Shown: positions 62,837-64,000 of the stretch, piece by piece | Position numbering within the stretch: the stretch's first letter is position 1 | How the letters are laid out: the number at the start of each line of letters is the position of its first letter | Origin: Malacoraja senta | Taxonomy: Eukaryota | Direction of reading: 5' to 3' | Assembly (NCBI GenBank): GCA_038087875.1 | Contig: CM075988.1 | Span: 20,710,001-20,774,000, forward strand | Length of the DNA stretch: 64,000 bases | The notes under the pieces: generated by a model | The model's input: only the letters and a program-made list of their open reading frames with translations | What the model was told of the DNA's origin: nothing | Database searches by the model: none | Position numbers and translations under genes: made by a program

Positions 62837-63126
62837 GAGACTGTCTGCTCGATGCCCCCGCTCAATCAGTGTCACTGCCCACCGAACTGCCGGGGCAAGT
62901 TTACGACTTGGACGCACAGTGCCAGCAGATTTTCGGGGAGAAGTACAGACACTGTCCAAACACGTCGGACTCTGATGTGTGTTCCCAGCTGTGGTGCAGA
63001 GTCGAGGATAAGCCTGAGTGTCACACGAAAAACGGGAGCCTGCTGTGGGGAGACGGGACTCCCTGTGGGGTTGACAGAATCTGTGTAGATGGCTCATGCC
63101 TGGACACCGAGATCATGAACAAGAAG
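62837..63126 (+). CDS. ADAMTS8: ADAMTS8-like exon: end of catalytic domain plus disintegrin-like domain
   Basis: Acceptor gtcgacag|, donor |gtaagg; 290 nt, phase 1 to phase 0. (G)DCLLDAPAQSVSLPTELPGQVYDLDAQCQQIFGEKYRHCPNTSDSDVCSQLWC...CHTKNGSLLWGDGTPCG...C..GSCL; HCPNTS and HTKNGSL are ADAMTS8-like. Confidence 0.93.
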
Positions 63127-63377
63127 GTAAGGTCTGCAGTGACATCCTGTTCATTCTGTTTCTGTTCTACTGTTATTTTTCCATATTTGTGGAAGGGAAA
63201 ATTGTTACCAAGTTCAAAACTCCCAATCCCAAATCCGTGACTGCTGCTACCATCAAGAAAGACAAGGTAGCGGGTGCATGGGATCACCACCTCTAATTCG
63301 AACACCATCTTGACTAGGAGAAACATGCCCAACTTTTCATTGCTGGGTCTAAATTCAGGAATTCACAACAGCACACC

Positions 63378-63685
63378 TGTGTTTAAGAAGGAACTGCAGA
63401 TGCTGGAAAATCGAAGGTAGACAAAAGTTCTGTTGAAACTCAGCGGGTGCAGCAGCATCTATGGAGCGAAGGAAATAGGCAACGTTTCGGGCCCAAACCC
63501 TTCTTCAGACTGATGTAGGGTGGGGGGGGGGGGGGGGGCGGGGAGAAGAAAGGAGAAAGGAAGAGGAGGAGCCCGAGGACTGAGGGAGAGCTGACAAGGG
63601 GAGGAGATAGCAAGGGCTACCGGAAATTGGAGGTCAATGTTTATGCCGCTAGGGTGCAAACTGCCCAAGCGGAATATGAGGTACA
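63378..63685 (-). mobile_element. Penelope-like element 3' fragment, same subfamily as 5245-5639
   Basis: Shares cgggtgcagcagcatctatggagcgaaggaaatagg; encodes ...LIFRLGSLHPSGINID; hammerhead core at 63481-63508. Confidence 0.85.
63481..63508 (-). ncRNA. Putative minimal hammerhead core
   Basis: Minus strand CUGAAGA-A-GGGU(UUGG)GCCC-GAAA-CG-UU in a PLE tail. Confidence 0.68.
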
Positions 63686-64000
63686 GTTCGCAGAGGTTTC
63701 TGACCCCTTATGCTTTGGAGCATTTGTAGAGACATATAGCGCCTAAGCAGGCCCTTCAGCCCACTTAGTCAATGCTGACAAAGATGCACCATCTAAGCTA
63801 CTCCCACGGCCAATATCCTATCTTTCCTATCCATGCAACTGTCCAAAAATATTTTAAATCTTGTTATTGTACCTGCCTCGACTACCTCCTCTGGTAGTTT
63901 GGTCCATACACACACCACCCTATACGTTGAAAAAGATTCCCCCTCTCACCTTAAACCTATGACCATGAGTTATTGAATTCACCTTCTTGGGAAAAAGACC

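Overview
Repeat-dense vertebrate genomic DNA, most likely from a cartilaginous fish (skate/ray). This is inferred from abundant HE1-like V-SINEs whose 3' tails match co-resident CR1/HER1-like LINEs. The only host gene I can support is an ADAMTS8-like metalloprotease on the + strand. Three phase-compatible coding exons (55090-55222, 61323-61490, 62837-63126) give the zinc-binding motif HELGHELSMPHD, the Met-turn and the disintegrin-like domain; the upstream exons were not found in the preceding 55 kb, which contains two 200-N gaps. The rest is a nested TE landscape: a Passport-like Tc1 with an in-frame N-terminal deletion, a young Ty3/Gypsy gag-pro-RT ORF cut by a gap, a TSD-flanked L1 3' fragment, three young CR1 copies, Rex/Babar remnants, two MITE-like elements and Penelope-like (GIY-YIG) fragments. 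Two observations stand out. (1) The Penelope tails carry a minimal hammerhead-ribozyme core (CUGAAGA-A-stemII-GAAA-CG-UH) and have spawned a family of ~120-230 bp self-complementary, often TSD-flanked elements with hammerhead cores back-to-back at the hairpin centre. (2) The ADAMTS8 exon encoding the catalytic HE lies in the loop of two nested inverted-repeat pairs. All identities and boundaries were read by eye and are approximate unless a TSD or splice site is quoted.
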